A DNA stretch of 63,123 nt, the filler included, from Nemertoderma westbladi (Eukaryota > Animalia > Xenacoelomorpha): NCBI GenBank assembly GCA_032718475.1. It is 3 parts of 3 records of this genome, joined end to end, with 100 filler letters (N's around TTAATTAATTAA, not from the genome) between each part and the next. Parts side by side here need not be neighbours in the genome. Positions count along the whole stretch, not along the records: positions 45,765 to 63,123 come from JAUCBJ010005595.1; 2 more parts are not named here. One strand, 5' to 3'. The translations under genes and the position numbers were made by a program. Below, piece by piece: positions 60,101 through 63,123 of this stretch (its first letter is position 1; every line of letters begins with the position of its first letter). Below the pieces are notes generated by a model. It was not told the DNA's origin. It did not search any database and worked only from the letters and a program-made list of their open reading frames with translations.

Positions 60101-62313
60101 TAGCCCTAAACATCAGCTGGAGACAACACATGACAAACGCCGAGCTTTATGGTACAATACCACCTGTATCAACAACCCCCCCCCCCCCCCCCCCCCCCCG
60201 TGAACGCAGTATAAGATTCAGTCAGTGGGCACTGCTGGAGAAATAAGCATGAAGTTATACCATATCTACTTTTCTGGTAACCAACACAAGGAAAGCGTGT
60301 AGCCGTGGACGACCAGCTAAAGCCCAGACCAGCTTGAAATGGATACTGAATTTGAGAGAAACGAAATTGCGACAACTATGGAGAATCGGGAAGCCTGGAA
60401 GGATCTCATTTCCACTGTCCAAACTTGATCGACCTAGAAGTACAGTAGAAGTAGTCATTGCAACTACCAATTGCAGTTCTGCCATAATGTCTGCCTATGT
60501 GATCTTCTGTGAGATGTGGCTGGTGCGAACTATGCTCTGTGTGGGTATATCATCATGGAGATTTTTTTTACTTTTGATATAGGCCTAAATTGTGATTGTG
60601 TCTAGAATGTAGTTAAATAGTATATATTTGTCACTTTGATTATTACATGACACTGTAGCTAAATATGTATATTTTTTGAAGTAAAGATATAAATTAAATT
60701 AATTTTTTTATTTGGCAGGACTCCATTATATTTCATGCAATGCGGCTCCCGGTGAAACGGACCCTGGTGCATCAAGCTCTTGCAATGATGATGACATCAC
60801 TCCATTTAGGAACACCATCGACTCAATCATAGTGACTGGGAAATACCCTTGGCAAATATTCAGGTATAAATATTATATTAAACAATTTTTATTATTTATA
60901 TTTGTATTTCATTAAACTAATTTATTATTAATATAATTTATATTCTGTATTTCTAAAAAAATTCAGAATTATTGTAATTATAACAAACCGGAGCTGTGAT
61001 ATATAACTTAGCTAAGAGTCATAAGACCCTAAGTAAATTTTTATCAAATTTTACTTTTTTTATACAATTCCTCTACACATCCAGTTTTGAAAGATAATGG
61101 GAAGTGATGATTATTACTGTAATAAAGTGAAATCTAATAATCCTTTTGTGCAATATTTTACTGCAGAATGACCCTAAATATCTCTAAATCTTTTATAGGG
61201 TCTCTTGAAAAGTTGAAATTTTTGACTTAGGGCCTTATGAGACCTAAGCTACGATATTCTGCGAAAAAAAGGGAAATAACCAAGGCGTGGCTTCCGCCAG
61301 GAAAGGAATACTACTGTAACAAGGCTGCTGCATGATATTCTGGCGAAAATGTAATTTCCCATGGTCTGCCGGAGGCTGAGCGGAGTCAGAGTGGGCTTCA
61401 GATCCGCTGGTATGACAAGGGTAACACACCCTTCAAGAACTGATTTAACCATTATGTTAACAATTATTAACAAAACATATATCAACCCCACTAACAGGCG
61501 AGAATATTACACCCAACAACAAATTAGCAAAATAGTGCAGAAACAATTGCTCAATAGTAACCATTAAAACGGGCAGAGATCGATGGTAAGACACTGATCG
61601 GCACACTGATTCCGAAGCAATAAGATATATACCAGAGTGTAACTGTAGCTGGAGATATCCATCCATCCATCAGATAATGGAAAGTTGTCCAAGAAAGACC
61701 AAATACAGCAGAGAAAATCAGCCACAACTACTTAGTTCTATTGCATAATGGTAGAACAATAGACAAGTAGATATGTCGAGATCAGAACGAAACTATGACG
61801 GAAGCAGCTAGGAGATATGTCCATATTAGCAGAGGCATTAAAGACCAGATTTGAACTTCCCGAGGTAAAACCGTTCGAATTTAGGGGGGAACATCTGGAA
61901 GAGTTTATATAATTTACCAACTTTCATGATGGAAGTATATACTAAAACGTCTTGAACCAAAAGGAGATCAGAGCATAAACAAACCAATAATAGTGCTGGA
62001 AGAATTGGGAATTTAGTAACTTTTTTTAATTAATTTAGTAATTTAGAGGGATTTAGTAACAATGGGATATAGTTACTGCTTTTAACATTTTATGCATCAA
62101 TGGATTTTTTTAAGATATCAATAATTTCAATATAATTTGAAAATATGTATTTTTTTTTTATTCTTAGTGGCCTTCAATATACTGGAAACACTCAAGTTCT
62201 CCACAGGGGATATTACTCTGGACAACCTTACTTTTGGGATTTTCTCCCTGTTACTCTAAATGATGCTGAATCAATCAAAATTATTTGTGAAGAATCGATT
62301 TCAGGAGATGACG
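54182..62313 (+). CDS. Secreted beta/gamma-crystallin (two-domain) protein; exons 54182-54423, 58301-58458, 60719-60863, 62168-62313; 3' end unresolved
   Basis: Hydrophobic N-terminus then IQLYDDDDQG...MNDLTSSVRVSCGI/WILYQGDG...DNQLSSILL...ITLFQDRDFRG/...NTIDSIIVTGKYPWQIFS/GLQYTGNTQVLHRGYY...ESIKII. All GT-AG junctions (phases 2, 1, 2) keep the frame; four Greek-key motifs. Confidence 0.85.
55029..57300 (-). mobile_element. 5'-truncated L2/CR1-group LINE, antisense in intron 1 of the crystallin gene
   Basis: NYRPVSNL, DLSAAFDTV, PQGSILGP, YADDTQ, LHWLP; one frameshift near 55885; (ATT)n tail at 55029-55053. Confidence 0.93.
58791..58960 (+). mobile_element. tRNA-derived SINE-like sequence
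   Basis: GGCTCAGGTTGTCCAGTTAGTTAGGACGTGGGTCTTTCAAGC...GAGTTCGAACAC: degenerate D-arm/A box and B box, no paired acceptor stem. Confidence 0.4.
59095..60440 (+). mobile_element. RTE family B, degraded copy in intron 2 of the crystallin gene
   Basis: Collinear with 28930-30418; many stops and indels; ends TCGACCTAG. Confidence 0.92.
61009..61251. mobile_element. MITE with imperfect ~27-bp TIRs
   Basis: TAGCTAAGAGTCATAAGACCCTAAGT ... ACTTAGGGCCTTATGAGACCTAAGCTA. Confidence 0.6.
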
Positions 62314-62901
62314 GTAAGTTAGCTTAGCATCCGATTATATAGCCCCAATAAGACTAAAATATTGTATTGTTCAGTAATGACAAGCCATTTTCGGACAACT
62401 CTTTGATTTATCACTCCCAGCGTTTCAAAATAATGGTTTTGGTTTGGCCATAATTTGGAATACAGGTATCTAACATGTACACAAATTGTATTTTATGCTT
62501 TTAATAGTAGAATTTTTATTATATTTTCAATACTTTTATGCAGGTAGATTGCTACGTAGACACCAACAGAAATATTCAAACTAATTGCTCAACAATTCTA
62601 GAAGTAGTTGGGTTTGTTTTGAGAGTGTCGTTCTCATTGACCTCTTCACTAGGCCAATCAACTATTCCCATATCCCACTCATGTAAGGTGGCAAAGGAGT
62701 TTTGAAATGCCATTCAAGCAGGTGCTCCTTCCATACCTGAATTACCGTTTCTTAAGAGAATGCATCTTCGAGGCTTTCTCTGAGCTTTCTCCTCCGACAA
62801 AGTTGGTATCATTAAGGGAGTATATGCGGCAGCAGATACATTGGTTGCGATGAATCTGTGCAGTGCACTTAGGAATGCAAGCTAGGAAAGATTGACGACT
62901 G

Positions 62902-63123
62902 CTACTACTACTACTACTAGGTCGAGCGAACTCGGACAGTGGAAATGAGATCCTTCGAGGCTTCCCGATTCTCCATAGTTGTCACAATTTGTCCTTTCAA
63001 GTTGATCTATATATGTTATGGCCGGTCGTCCACGACTTCGCTTTCCATGAGTTGGTTGCCAGAAAAGTAGATCTGGTATGACCTCGTTTTTACTTCGCCA
63101 GCAGTGCCCACTGAATCTTAATC
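62902..63123 (-). mobile_element. RTE family B 3' end, runs off the right edge
   Basis: Matches 14281-14525; (TAG)n tail. Confidence 0.92.

Noticed and set aside
60175-60199. Poly-C/G tracts (also ~9636, ~11183, ~41456, ~51661) as G-quadruplex elements
   Set aside because: Simple homopolymer expansions; this one replaces CACCCTCC seen in another RTE copy, and lengths are unreliable in assemblies.
62544-62705. Candidate fifth exon of the crystallin gene after TTTTATGCAG/GTAG
   Set aside because: Two possible acceptors give short peptides with no recognisable motif; cannot decide without cDNA.

Overview
AT-rich, intron-containing animal genomic DNA (probably invertebrate; taxon not determinable) with two 100-bp scaffold gaps (21599-21698, 45665-45764). 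It is dominated by transposons: two adjacent APE-type LINEs at the left (one apparently intact, L2/CR1-like), further LINE fragments, nine copies of two RTE families, the 3' end of a BEL/Pao element, two 3' ends of an unclassified ~1-kb-LTR family carrying a zinc-knuckle ORF next to the PPT, MITEs and SINEs. Host genes reconstructed by hand: a complete 3-exon TM + RING-H2 ligase (RNF24/RNF122-like, +), a secreted two-domain beta/gamma-crystallin protein (4 exons, +, 3' end unresolved), a BTB(-BACK) gene (-, 2 coding exons seen) and an orphan Cys-rich terminal exon with a hydrophobic tail (-). Most notable: (1) two large minisatellites (40 bp x ~155; 49 bp x ~32) that are each an amplified exon-end + GTAAGT splice donor of consecutive BTB exons; (2) a tRNA-headed SINE carrying a minimal type I hammerhead ribozyme; (3) both left-hand LINEs join ORF1 and ORF2 in frame across one UGA-C stop with no dedicated AUG; (4) an 88-bp TSD-flanked insert containing a monomer of a 63-bp minisatellite located 12 kb away. 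All calls are by eye, with no database searches.
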